Positions 31,801 through 41,781 of a DNA stretch of 64,000 bases are shown piece after piece (the stretch's first letter is position 1; each line of letters opens with the position of its first letter). The notes below the pieces were generated by a model. That model made no database searches, was not told the origin of the DNA, and saw only the letters and a list, made by a program, of their open reading frames with translations. Source of the DNA: Vulcanimicrobiota bacterium (GTDB lineage Bacteria; Vulcanimicrobiota; Vulcanimicrobiia; Vulcanimicrobiales; Vulcanimicrobiaceae); NCBI GenBank assembly GCA_963820825.1, contig CAWGBN010000002.1, positions 288,001 through 352,000 of the forward strand, in the 5' to 3' direction. The position numbers were made by a program, and so were the translations under genes.

Positions 31801-33151
31801 TTACTGCCGCAGTTTGATTCCCGTTCCGTACCCTTTCTTGCCGCCGTATGTCGTCGTTCCGTAAAATGCGCGGTGCGAGTAGAGGAGTGCGTCGCGCGGA
31901 CTACCGCCGTTGGCGCCCCCCTTAAATCGGTAGACCATCTTGTACGCCGGATTTGATGACGACGGCGCAAAGCTGAAGATGGTCCCGCAGCCGATCTCCG
32001 CTTAAACAGGAAGTCCCTCCACCGATATTGGTGGTTCCGTAGAGCACGCCTTGTACGTTCGTCACAGCGGCTACCGGTTCAGAGCCATCGTCACCGTTGC
32101 CAAAATTGTGCAACACTTGCTCCTCCCCGGTCGAGAGGTCGACGCTAAAGAGCGTTCCCTCACAATGGCTACAATAGTATCCTCCACCGCAACAGGTCGT
32201 GCCGTAGAGCGTGCCTTTGACGTTGATCAGGCTTGCGAACGGGTTGCAGCCATCGCGCGGGTTGTTGAGAAAACTGTGGACGACCCGTTCGCCGCTACCG
32301 TCCGCGCCGATGCTGAAGACGGTGCCGCAGAATTGATTCGTTCCACCGAGGTCGGTCGTGCCGTAGAGCGTGCCGCCGACGTTGAGCAGGGCGGTGAACG
32401 GACTTGCCCCGTCGCCGAACTTTCCGAAACTGTGCAGCACCTGCTCCGTACCGGTAGCCGGGTTCACGCTGTACACCGTGCCGCACGTTCCGTTGGGCGA
32501 ACCTCCAGAATCCTTACACAACCGCTGATTGGTGTAGGTGCCCCCGGCGTTTGTCGTGCCATATAGAGTTCCGTTGACTTCGATCACACCCGATATTGGG
32601 TAGGCGCCATCCTGGCCGTAGCCAAAGCTGTGGACGATCGTCTCGGTATAACCCGACCGTTCGGATGGAGTTTGAAGAGTGTCCCGGCGTCGTATTCGCC
32701 GCCGTAGAACGTCACGCCATAGAGGTCGCCGCTCTTCTCCGCGAGCAGCGGCCCGAACGCCGCCGCTCCGTCGCCGGGGGCTCCTTCAAAGGTGTGAAGA
32801 ACGTCGATCTTATACGTCGGCTTGCCCTTATTTGGCACAAGACGATAAACGATGCCGCACCCGGTGTTCGAACTCGTGCTAAACGGCGTCGAGCAATTTG
32901 TATCTCCACCCGCCGTGGTAGCACCATAGAGCGCCGACGAGCTGCCGGTAAAGCCGCCGCTACCACGCCCTCCGATCTCGTAGCCCGACTTTCCGTAGTT
33001 ATAGAACGGAATGACGTGGACGGTCTGCGGGATGGAATCGAGCTTTGCGAGTGCGATCGGTGACCCACTCGCCGGCGTGACGGCAGGATGGTTGCACGAC
33101 GCCGCGGCGGCTAGACCAATCAATCGCAACGAGACGCATAAATTGCTTCAT
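31801..33151 (-). pseudogene. GloVer-type repeat lipoprotein with frameshifts
   Basis: GGAGG RBS and ATG at 33151; LYGTT repeats across ORFs 32584..33129 and 31922..32587; stop TAA at 31801. Confidence 0.7.
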
Positions 33152-33387
33152 TGGGGGGACCTCCTTTGCACCCGCCGCTTCGGAATTCGAGTCTTGCGGC
33201 GACCGCACTCGCTCCAAGTCCTCAACGAAACCCGCTCAGACGAGCAGGGCCTCGTTTGGTACTCGTGCTCTTATCGCCGTGAGATGGCGACATTCCTCCG
33301 AGGAACCCCTAGCTTGCCCACAAAGATGCCGACCGTTCCAGGAGCGTCAGATCAGTCCTGATCCGAGAGCTGGTTCGCACCGCGAAT

Positions 33388-33424
33388 TCTAACCAGCCGT
33401 CTCGGTATCGTTGACGCGTTAACG
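33388..33424 (-). promoter_or_regulatory. Palindromic operator plus -10 (shared motif, copy 3)
   Basis: Minus strand reads CGTTAACGCGTCAACG-N8-ACGGCTGGTTAGA(ATT). Confidence 0.55.
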
Positions 33425-33450
33425 GATTACTCCCGTGTGATACTCGGACG

Positions 33451-34800
33451 ATGAAACCGCTTTCTCGCATCCTCGTGCCGACCGGATGCGCCGCGCTTCT
33501 TGCTTCTTGCAACGGCGCGTCCGTACAGAACACTCCGGCAGTTGATACGGCGACATCATCGCGCGCTAGAGCCGTCCACGGCGACGTCGCCGAAAAGATC
33601 CAGCACGTCGTGATCATCATTCAAGAGAATCGCACCGTCGATAACCTTTTTTCGTTCGTTCGCGGCGCAAATACACAGCGATGGGGCTACAACTCGCAAG
33701 GTCAAGTCATCCAGTTCAAGCCTCGCCACCTTTGGGCGCCGTTCGACTTGGGTCACGTACACGCCGACTGGGTAGCCGATTACGACGGCGGCTTGATGGA
33801 CGGATTCGACCGCGAGCGCTGCAAGGGCCGCTGCGCACGCAAGACCGAGCACGCATATAGCTTCGTGCCCAGAGACGAAGTCAAGCCCTACTACCAAATG
33901 GCTGAAACATACACGTTCGGCGACAACTTCTTCCAGTCGAACCAGGGCCCGAGTTTTCCGGCACACCAGTACCTGATTAGCGGCACATCGACGATAAGTG
34001 AAGGTTCCACCGTCAAGGCCGACAACAACGCCGAACAACCCCATGGCAAGGGTACTACCGGCGGTTGTGATTCTCCCGAAGGCTCCACGGTACGATTGAT
34101 CACGCTGCAAAACCAGCAGGATTCATTTGCGTTTCCCTGCTTTAAGCGCCACGCGCTCATGAACGAGCTCGAGGCCTCGCACGTGAGTTGGCGCTACTAT
34201 CAGGCGACGGCAGGCCCAGGTCTGTGGAACGCCCCAGATGCGATCTACTCGCTTTGGTCGTCACCGGGGTACGACGAGCACGTCGGAATACCGTCGGCGC
34301 AAGTACTTACCGACGTCGCCGATAGTCAGCTTGCAAGCGTCGTTTGGGTTACGCCGACGAAGCTCGCCTCCGATCATCCTGCCGTAACCGACGGCTCCGG
34401 GCCATCGTGGGTTGCGTCGGTCGTAAACGCGATCGGCGAATCCCCCTATTGGAATAACACGGCAATTATCGTCGTCTGGGACGATTGGGGCGGTTGGTAC
34501 GATCACGTCGCTCCGCAGATTTACAACACCTACGAGCTGGGCTTTCGAGTTCCGCTGATCGTCATCTCACCGTACGCCCGGAGGCATTACGTCTCTCACG
34601 TCCCCCACGAGTTCGGCAGCATTTTGAAGTTCACCGAAGAGGTCTTTGGTTTGGGCTCGCTCGGTACGACCGACGGCCGCTCCGACGATCTCTCCGATTG
34701 CTTCAACTTTAAGAAGAAGCCGACGCCGTTTAAACCGATCCAGACGCAATATCCCCCGAATTACTTCCTACACCAGCCCGCAGCGGAGGCCGACGACTAA
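33451..34800 (+). CDS. Phosphoesterase (phospholipase C/acid phosphatase family) lipoprotein
   Basis: Lipobox LASC; IQHVVIIIQENRTVDNLF, GPSFPAH, WDDWGGWYDHV, GFRVP. Confidence 0.9.
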   Translation: MKPLSRILVPTGCAALLASCNGASVQNTPAVDTATSSRARAVHGDVAEKIQHVVIIIQENRTVDNLFSFVRGANTQRWGYNSQGQVIQFKPRHLWAPFDLGHVHADWVADYDGGLMDGFDRERCKGRCARKTEHAYSFVPRDEVKPYYQMAETYTFGDNFFQSNQGPSFPAHQYLISGTSTISEGSTVKADNNAEQPHGKGTTGGCDSPEGSTVRLITLQNQQDSFAFPCFKRHALMNELEASHVSWRYYQATAGPGLWNAPDAIYSLWSSPGYDEHVGIPSAQVLTDVADSQLASVVWVTPTKLASDHPAVTDGSGPSWVASVVNAIGESPYWNNTAIIVVWDDWGGWYDHVAPQIYNTYELGFRVPLIVISPYARRHYVSHVPHEFGSILKFTEEVFGLGSLGTTDGRSDDLSDCFNFKKKPTPFKPIQTQYPPNYFLHQPAAEADD

Positions 34801-34848
34801 GAACCCGTCCCAGACCCTGCACGTCCAAAGAGCCTCATCGGGCCGTGC

Positions 34849-35979
34849 TTAATCGGGTCCACAATACGTTTTAAAATATCGAGCCTGGATCGGTTCCTTG
34901 AGGAGATCGTGGTTAAAGTGCCGGATGAGCCTCGTCCATCCGCCGCCGCTGATCTGAGTCGTGCCCGCAAGGGGACGGTCAAAGACAAGCCCCACGGCGG
35001 TCATCATTCCCACCATCCCGAAGAGCGCGCAGGTTCTGACGAGCTGGCCCCTCGCCCGCTGCCCCGAGACGAAATAGCTCATTCCGCTCAAAATAAGGGC
35101 GCCGAACAAGAAGGCCAGCCAAAGTATTGGTTGTACCGTGCGCTCATTATAACGAGCTCTGCGCTCCTGTCGGTTCTCTGAGATGCCCTCCAAGACCGTT
35201 AGGTCCTGTTGATAGCGGACCCGATACCCCCAGAGCCCTTGCTCGTTGCCGTCGTAGCCTCGAGCGCGTGTTGATGAAGGTAACGCCACCGTAAGATCCC
35301 CGATACAATGGGCAAGCAGATTTGCTCGATTCGAAACGGAACCCAACGAGTCAATGCAGGTAATGTCGGACTCCGAAATATCGCGGCACAAGGGCGCTTC
35401 CCTTGCCATTTGAGCCCACTCCGCCAGCGTGTAGACGGCGTAGTCACGCAATAGGTAACGAATGACCGTGGCGTTTTCGCTGGGGTATTTCTCGTTGAGG
35501 TGAAAGAGGTAGTCGACGTTATGCTGCTCCTCTATAGTCAAATTCTCGGCGTCAGAACGGGCCTGCCAAGCCGTCACGACGACAAATGCAACCAAGACGG
35601 CGTAAATGACGCCGACGACGCCAAAGAACTGACTTGCGAATTCGTGAGATTCTTGCGCCGGTGCATTCGCAGCTTCGTGTGGCGGCGATTTTTGCCAGCC
35701 GATCCACCCCACTAACGTGCTGTACACAAGATGGACCGCAGCGCCGGTAACGGTCCCAATCGCCGTCCATAGGAGCAGCAGCGCGGTCGGTCCCCAGCCA
35801 ATGGTCATCTTGTCCAGCCAGGTTTCAAAGGAAAAGATCAAAGCACCACACGCGGCAAGGCAGATGACGGCGAGGAGCAAAATGCGATAAGTCGGCCGGA
35901 CGCTCCACAATCTTTCTATCTCTTGAACTGAACCGTGCAAGCTACCGCTGACTCTTTGCCACATTACTGATTGTCGCAC
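34849..35979 (-). CDS. Membrane protein, DUF4239/bestrophin-like
   Basis: FGVVGVIYAVLVAFVVVTAW, ..Y...V..EW, RR.R, D.P.AG motifs. Confidence 0.7.
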   Translation of the reverse strand: MRQSVMWQRVSGSLHGSVQEIERLWSVRPTYRILLLAVICLAACGALIFSFETWLDKMTIGWGPTALLLLWTAIGTVTGAAVHLVYSTLVGWIGWQKSPPHEAANAPAQESHEFASQFFGVVGVIYAVLVAFVVVTAWQARSDAENLTIEEQHNVDYLFHLNEKYPSENATVIRYLLRDYAVYTLAEWAQMAREAPLCRDISESDITCIDSLGSVSNRANLLAHCIGDLTVALPSSTRARGYDGNEQGLWGYRVRYQQDLTVLEGISENRQERRARYNERTVQPILWLAFLFGALILSGMSYFVSGQRARGQLVRTCALFGMVGMMTAVGLVFDRPLAGTTQISGGGWTRLIRHFNHDLLKEPIQARYFKTYCGPD

Positions 35980-37052
35980 CCCGGGTATGCGACGTGTTCT
36001 TGCTGGGTGTCGAACGACTCCACGACACGCGCGGGCGTTCCCATTCCGCTGTCATCGACTGCAACTGGGACCTCGATACTCGCCGGTGTCACGGGCAGCG
36101 AGAACCTGCTACGCGACGTCAGCGTTCGATGGATCTGTTGTATCGCTACCGCACCAAGACATGCTGGGTCTTGTGCAATTTCTGCGCGAATGTTGCCGGC
36201 GCGCAACTCGCCCCGGGCCGCCGGTGTGTCGTCGTATCCCACGATCGGAACGTCCTTGGGTTGCCGCCCTTCCCTGAAAAGCGCGTGCACGGCGCCGAGC
36301 GCCAGCGTGTCGTTGATAGCGAAAACGCCTCGCAGGTGGGGACGTTCGTTCAAGATGGTCGTTAGAGCATCCGCGGCCGTGTCGGGCTCGCGTCCGACGT
36401 CAACGTCGATCAAGTGTCTATTCGCACCGTGGCTCAGCGTTTTTTTAACGTCGACTGCCGGTTCGCGTCCGGCATAAACGCCGAGCGGGGTAGAATTCGG
36501 CGAGGAATCGCGACACTCTTTAATCGCCGTTGTGAATCCATTAACGCGGTCCTGAACGCTCGTGATATCATGCTCGTCCAAGACGGCGATATCGGCGCCA
36601 GGTGGAGTTGCTGCACAAAGCTCGCTGCCCGCGTCGAAGCCGCCCGATCGATTATCGCTTGTGATACTCGCTACTACGCTACCCTCGCCCGGACGGCTTC
36701 CGATATCTACCGTGAAGACCGGGATATGCGCTACGTTTGCCTCGAGGATCGCGGGGTCGATCTCCTGTGAGTCGACGGGCACCACCACGATCGCATCGAC
36801 CCGCTCGGTGATGAAGTCCTCGATCTGTTGCTGTTGTTTGGCTGGATCTTCATCCGCGTGTTGGATGACCACCCGATAGGAGTACGTTCGCGCGTTCCGC
36901 TGCAAAGCGTGCTGCAGTTGTTTATAAAAATCGTTCGAGCGGTTGCCCTGGATCGAGACGCCGATCAACGGGGCGTTGGGACGTAGACCCGGCAAAGCTA
37001 CTGCCAGCACGACCAGAACCGCAACTAGTCTCAAGCGCTCAGTGCGCATCAA
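35964..37052 (-). CDS. Periplasmic sugar-binding protein (RbsB-like)
   Basis: QIEDFITERVDAIVV, IPVFTVD, SDN..GG, RVNGF, AIND, VGYD. Confidence 0.85.
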   Translation of the reverse strand: MMRTERLRLVAVLVVLAVALPGLRPNAPLIGVSIQGNRSNDFYKQLQHALQRNARTYSYRVVIQHADEDPAKQQQQIEDFITERVDAIVVVPVDSQEIDPAILEANVAHIPVFTVDIGSRPGEGSVVASITSDNRSGGFDAGSELCAATPPGADIAVLDEHDITSVQDRVNGFTTAIKECRDSSPNSTPLGVYAGREPAVDVKKTLSHGANRHLIDVDVGREPDTAADALTTILNERPHLRGVFAINDTLALGAVHALFREGRQPKDVPIVGYDDTPAARGELRAGNIRAEIAQDPACLGAVAIQQIHRTLTSRSRFSLPVTPASIEVPVAVDDSGMGTPARVVESFDTQQEHVAYPGCDNQ

Positions 37053-37168
37053 TAATGCTGCAAAACCTCACATCCTAGTTGAGGCCAGATTTTGGATAGC
37101 CGACTAGCTAGTTGTTAGGGGGTGGCTTCCCCGGGTCCTCCGCAACCCGGGCCGACGCCTCTGATGGG

Positions 37169-38227
37169 TTATTGAATGGCGAGCTGCTGTGGAAATCGTA
37201 CCCGCGTGGAGTGTCCGCTGATCTTACGGATTGGCCGAACATCGCCGTTCGAACCGGGAGCATAGACCGTAATTCCGTCGCCTTCATTCGCTACGTAAAC
37301 GTCCCCATTAGCGTCAACCGCAACGCCATCGGGTAGAAAGAGCTTTGTCTTAGTGCCGTAGAGTGACCAGCTCGGCGCTACGTTGCCGTTGGCTCCGATT
37401 GGGTAAGCCGTTACGCCGGTCGCGGGACCGGTCTCTGGATTATTTGCTACGATGATAGTTCGCCCCGCCACGACGAGTTGCTCGGGGTGTTCGAGACCAG
37501 TGTTGGCTCCGTTTATCGTTCGTATCGGCCGCCTGTCGCCGTTCGCGCCCGCCGCGTAGACGGTGATACTATCGTTGTGAGCATTGGAGACGTAGATGTG
37601 GCCCTTTGAATCCAAACCGAGACCCACAGGCTCGTCCAGTCCGGTATTCGCGCCCGCAATGAGCCGGATCGGCGCGACGTTACCATTGGCACCGGCGGCG
37701 AAGACCGCTACGTTGTTATCGGAGTAACCTGCGTCCGCAACATAGATGTTTCCCGAGGCGTCAATGGCGACGCCGGTAACCCCGCTTATCTGAGTGTTGC
37801 TTCCCGCGATCGTGCGGATAGGCGCGACGTTGCCGGTCGCGCCGGCCGCGTAAACCACGATGGAGTCGCAGTCTGCCGCGTAGATGTTCCCGGCAGCGTC
37901 GAGTGCCACGCCGGCGCCGCATTGCAGCTGCGTGTTGTCCCCTGCGATATCGTACACCGGAGGCGTGTCCCCGTCGGCGGTCACCGGGTAGGCCGTCAGT
38001 TCAGGACGGTAGCATCCCCCGCGGCAACCGTTTTCGAGATTGGTGACGAATAGACACGGGCAGGGCGACGTGGTTCGCTTTGCCGCCACCGGCTTCGCCC
38101 TCGACTCGAGCGGCCAAGCGGGCGAAAAGGCCGATACCGCGCCGCAGCCCGCGAGCGAGAGGGATAGTATGGTTACTGAAATGACGGTCCGAGCGCGGCA
38201 CGCTTGTGACATCTGGGACGAGATCAC
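37169..38227 (-). CDS. NHL-repeat lipoprotein (CPCLxV family)
   Basis: Lipobox LAGC; TSPCPCLFV; repeats of GVALD..GNIYV...ITVYAAGA.GNVAP. Confidence 0.85.
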   Translation of the reverse strand: MISSQMSQACRARTVISVTILSLSLAGCGAVSAFSPAWPLESRAKPVAAKRTTSPCPCLFVTNLENGCRGGCYRPELTAYPVTADGDTPPVYDIAGDNTQLQCGAGVALDAAGNIYAADCDSIVVYAAGATGNVAPIRTIAGSNTQISGVTGVAIDASGNIYVADAGYSDNNVAVFAAGANGNVAPIRLIAGANTGLDEPVGLGLDSKGHIYVSNAHNDSITVYAAGANGDRRPIRTINGANTGLEHPEQLVVAGRTIIVANNPETGPATGVTAYPIGANGNVAPSWSLYGTKTKLFLPDGVAVDANGDVYVANEGDGITVYAPGSNGDVRPIRKISGHSTRVRFPQQLAIQ

Positions 38228-38232
38228 CCGCG

Positions 38233-38421
38233 TTAGTGATCTACAAATCTCGAGACTTCGCTTAGCGTCGGCTCGAGCTGGAGATCTTCGTGCGCGTATC
38301 TGCGATCTTCGTGCCCTCCGGCAACCTTCACTCGCACGAGAACCTCATGCGGATGAACCTCTCTTACGGTGCCCTCTTCTGCGCTCCCATCGATGCGAAC
38401 GCGATCGCCAACCTTCAGCAT
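38233..38421 (-). CDS. Small hypothetical protein (SH3/KOW-like)
   Basis: MLKVGDRVRIDG...GTVREV; RBS-like GAGGGA. Confidence 0.55.
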   Translation of the reverse strand: MLKVGDRVRIDGSAEEGTVREVHPHEVLVRVKVAGGHEDRRYAHEDLQLEPTLSEVSRFVDH

Positions 38422-38577
38422 TCTCCGTCCCTCTTTCGTCAAGACTATCTCATCTTAAGGGTGGTCGCCGAGCTCGCTTTCTCCTCCTCTCCTCCGTCCC
38501 CACCCTTTTCCAGGGGGCGCGCGAGCATTTCCAGAATCCTGCCACTTGGAAAAGGACGTCTTTGAAAGGACCGCCTT

Positions 38578-39690
38578 ATGAAACTATTGAGCTTCGCTGG
38601 GCGCGCGGCCGTTACGTGCGTCTCGGTCGCGGTCATCACCGCATGCAGCGGAATGCAAGGAGCGGGTAATCCCGGACCTGCCGGTTCGGGGTTTGAAGCC
38701 TCCGTTCAACCTAATCATTCTCGTACCAAACTCTTGATGCTCGCAAAGTCGACCAGAATCGGTTTGGTCCCCCAAATCCATCACAAGCGAGGCAAGTCCT
38801 GGATCGGGCCGGACGCGGGGAGACAGTACCTCCTCTACGCCTCGGACTTGTCCAACGGTACGGTCGACATCTATAACTATCGCGTTAAGGCGGGCAAGCT
38901 CTACGGCCAAATAACGGGCTTTGACGAGCCCTACGGCCAGTGTATCGACAAGTCGAAGAATATCTACATCGCGGATGAAGGCACTTCCATTATCTACGAG
39001 TTCGCGCATGGCGGCATCACCCCGATCAACTCCGCCTCGGATCAATACGGGTACCCGATCGGATGCTCCGTGGATCCGACGACGGGTAATGTGGCCGTTG
39101 CGAACCTCTATGGATTCGCTTCGGGGTCCGGTGGTATCGACATCTTCTCGGGCGGCCTCAGCGGAACGCAGACGTATTATACCGATGCGAGCGCCGCCTT
39201 CATGTGGCCCCCCGGTTACGATCAGTACGGTAACCTCTTCGTTGAGGGCCAGGACATATCCGATGCGAACACACTGTTAGAGCTCCCGAGCGGCAGCTCG
39301 GCTTTCACCACGATTACCGGCCTGACAATCGGCTATCCGGCGAGCGTCCAGCGGTGGAAGGGTTACATGGCCGTGACCGACCAGGGTTATCAAGGAACGA
39401 CCGACGCGATTTACACGGTCAGCATCACCGGGTCGGCGGCCACGATTATCAACACGACCCAACTTACCGATGACTGCTACCCGAGCGAAAACTACTTCGA
39501 CGCCGTCCAACCGTTCCTCAACGGCACGACGATCAAGAAGAACGGCATCGTGGCCGGAAATATCTCGTGCTCGTACCGCATGGATTTCTTCCACTTCGAT
39601 ACGGGGCTCAATCCCAAACGGGTCTTGCCTCCCGATATCGCTCCCTACGATGCGTGGGGCCAGTCGGTCAGCCCGTCCGTTACGAAATAG
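38578..39690 (+). CDS. Lipoprotein, beta-propeller (SWIxPDA...LLY family)
   Basis: RBS AAGGA, lipobox ITAC, PYGQC.D, GCSVDPTTGNVAV. Confidence 0.8.
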   Translation: MKLLSFAGRAAVTCVSVAVITACSGMQGAGNPGPAGSGFEASVQPNHSRTKLLMLAKSTRIGLVPQIHHKRGKSWIGPDAGRQYLLYASDLSNGTVDIYNYRVKAGKLYGQITGFDEPYGQCIDKSKNIYIADEGTSIIYEFAHGGITPINSASDQYGYPIGCSVDPTTGNVAVANLYGFASGSGGIDIFSGGLSGTQTYYTDASAAFMWPPGYDQYGNLFVEGQDISDANTLLELPSGSSAFTTITGLTIGYPASVQRWKGYMAVTDQGYQGTTDAIYTVSITGSAATIINTTQLTDDCYPSENYFDAVQPFLNGTTIKKNGIVAGNISCSYRMDFFHFDTGLNPKRVLPPDIAPYDAWGQSVSPSVTK

Positions 39691-39691
39691 C

Positions 39692-39730
39692 CAAAGGCCC
39701 GTCTCTCGGACGGGCCTTTGTTATTGGCTC
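39692..39730 (-). repeat. Most decayed att remnant: hairpin plus last 6 nt of tRNA-Asn
   Basis: caaaggcccg...cgggcctttg ttattggctc resembles 63681-63720. Confidence 0.6.
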
Positions 39731-39802
39731 GCGGCGTCAGTCGAGCAGAATGCGGAAGCGCATCGACGAGTTGCCGCAACGGAAGACGCCACCGCCTCTG
39801 AG

Positions 39803-39841
39803 CGTTAATGCGTTAACGCGACAAATACGTTGAGTTAGATT
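39803..39841 (+). promoter_or_regulatory. Palindromic operator plus -10 (shared motif, copy 2)
   Basis: CGTTAATGCGTTAACG-N8-ACGTTGAGTTAGA; matches 512..548 except one base and the spacer. Confidence 0.6.
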
Positions 39842-39926
39842 TTCTGATTCGGCGCAATCTTCTCGTGACGAGCGCGGCCCTCCCGATGTAGAATCCATTT
39901 TGGATTCAGTCTCCGGGAGGTTTCTT

Positions 39927-41489
39927 ATGACGAAGGCCCATTTTACGCTGGGCTCGGTGGCGATTTTTTCCGCAACAATCCTTTATGCGTGCGGCGGGTC
40001 GCATTCGGTGTTGCCCACGAACGCGCAACAGGGCGATGCGCTCTCTGCGAAATACGCCAACCTTTCTCAAGACTCGGACGAAAACGATGGACGTTCGCCA
40101 TCAGAGCCGGCGACGGTGGTCGTCGATCCGTCGCAGGTCGGGCCGCCCGTGACGCGGCTCGTAGCCGGCGCGACGCTTCCGGCATGGTACAATCTAACGC
40201 TCTCGGGGATCGCGCAATCCATATCGGCGGCGAATCTGGCGATCACGCGTTTCCCGGCCGGAGCGCAAGTCGACATTTATAATTGGCAGAGCGGCACAGA
40301 TGGTCCCGCAGGAACGCCCTGCGCCGGTAACGCGAAGCCCCAGTCCAACATCGACACCTTTATGCGCGACATCGCTCTGCCATCGGGCACGCAGGTATCG
40401 CTCGGCGTCAACTACGGCAGCAACCCCCAATGCAACCGCGGGAATACGCCGACAAACGCCGCCGCCTTCGTGTCGCACGTCGTCAACACTTACGGTCCGA
40501 GCGTCGTCGCTTTTTGGGAACTCGGCAACGAGCAATACGCGCCAGGGAGTATCGACTGCCGTCAGCCTGGGTGTAAATCGTCGCGCGACCCCGATCAATT
40601 CGCCGCCAACGAACCCGCATTTTACGATGCAATGCGTGCTGCAGGAGCACGAAATATTTGCATACCCGCCGACGCGGCCAACTCAAAGAGCCCGTGGAAT
40701 CCGGTTGTCTTCTCCAAGGCAAAATTCGATTGCGCGAATATCATCTACTATCCGCAACGGGTCCACACCAGCGATTCCTTCCTACTCCATGACGCTATTC
40801 CGGAGCTCGGTGCAGAGATCGCTTTAGTGAAGGCGCAGTTGGCTGCTGCAAATCGTGCCAACACGCCGATCCTACTCTCGGCGGTCTCGTCGGCACTGGG
40901 ACCGTACGGCAAACAGAGCCAAAGCATTGTCGGTGCGCTCTTTGCCGATATGGCGATGGGAGAGGCACTCAACGATGGCGTGGCCGCGATGATCTGGCAC
41001 GCCGGTTTTGGCAGCTGCGACGCGCGCTCTCGCGGGGGCGACTTTGCGTCCAAGGTATACGGCTGGCAGAAGTATGGCGGAGCCATGATTTTCAGCGACG
41101 GCCCTGCCAACAACTGCCCGGTCACCACGCCGCGCGGCACGCTGCTCGCGACGGCGAACGCGTTTCTTACTGCTGCGAAGTTTATAAATACGGGCGGAAA
41201 CATGGTGAGCGTCACAGTAAGCGGGAATCCCGACGTGCGCGCCTATGCGTCGAATAAAATGATCATGCTTTTCAATCTGAGCGAGACTGCACGGGCATCG
41301 GTTAGCGTCACGATCAACGGCGTCAGCAGTGGCGCCGGCGGCCTGAGCGTTCACTATAGCAAACGGCTCTACGACAAGTCGAAAAAGGGCGTTTGGGCCT
41401 CGCCAAGTCTCACGACGTTGCCTCCCTGGAAGGGCTCAATACACCTTTGGTTACGGCGCTGGAGCGTGACTGTTGCGCCGTTAGAATGA
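39927..41489 (+). CDS. Glycoside hydrolase (clan GH-A-like) lipoprotein
   Basis: Lipobox LYAC; RFPAG..VD.YNW, VNYG, WELGNE acid/base motif, C-terminal beta-sandwich. Confidence 0.7.
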   Translation: MTKAHFTLGSVAIFSATILYACGGSHSVLPTNAQQGDALSAKYANLSQDSDENDGRSPSEPATVVVDPSQVGPPVTRLVAGATLPAWYNLTLSGIAQSISAANLAITRFPAGAQVDIYNWQSGTDGPAGTPCAGNAKPQSNIDTFMRDIALPSGTQVSLGVNYGSNPQCNRGNTPTNAAAFVSHVVNTYGPSVVAFWELGNEQYAPGSIDCRQPGCKSSRDPDQFAANEPAFYDAMRAAGARNICIPADAANSKSPWNPVVFSKAKFDCANIIYYPQRVHTSDSFLLHDAIPELGAEIALVKAQLAAANRANTPILLSAVSSALGPYGKQSQSIVGALFADMAMGEALNDGVAAMIWHAGFGSCDARSRGGDFASKVYGWQKYGGAMIFSDGPANNCPVTTPRGTLLATANAFLTAAKFINTGGNMVSVTVSGNPDVRAYASNKMIMLFNLSETARASVSVTINGVSSGAGGLSVHYSKRLYDKSKKGVWASPSLTTLPPWKGSIHLWLRRWSVTVAPLE

Positions 41490-41534
41490 GAAGGGTGACA
41501 ACGTATCGACGACCCCGCACGGAATGGCCCTAAA

Positions 41535-41598
41535 AACGAAAAGACCGCCCCATCGTGGGCGGTCTTCGTTTCCTCTCCCGGATGCTGGACTCGAACCA
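41535..41598 (-). repeat. att remnant: hairpin plus 21 nt of tRNA-Asn 3' end
   Basis: aagaccgccc/gggcggtctt hairpin, then ccggatgctggactcgaacca identical to 63720-63740. Confidence 0.75.
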
Positions 41599-41781
41599 CG
41601 CAACCGCCTAGGCCGTAAAGTTAGTAAAGCACATCACGGTGAGATACTAGAGACGCTCTCGCAGCGTGAGGGTTTGCGGCTTCCAGCGCCTTGCGAAGCG
41701 CAAGCGCACGAGCCCCTCACCTTCAATTTCAAGATGCCTTAACTAAACCGAAGCGTCCCTGGACTGTAGTCGCGTAGGCGA

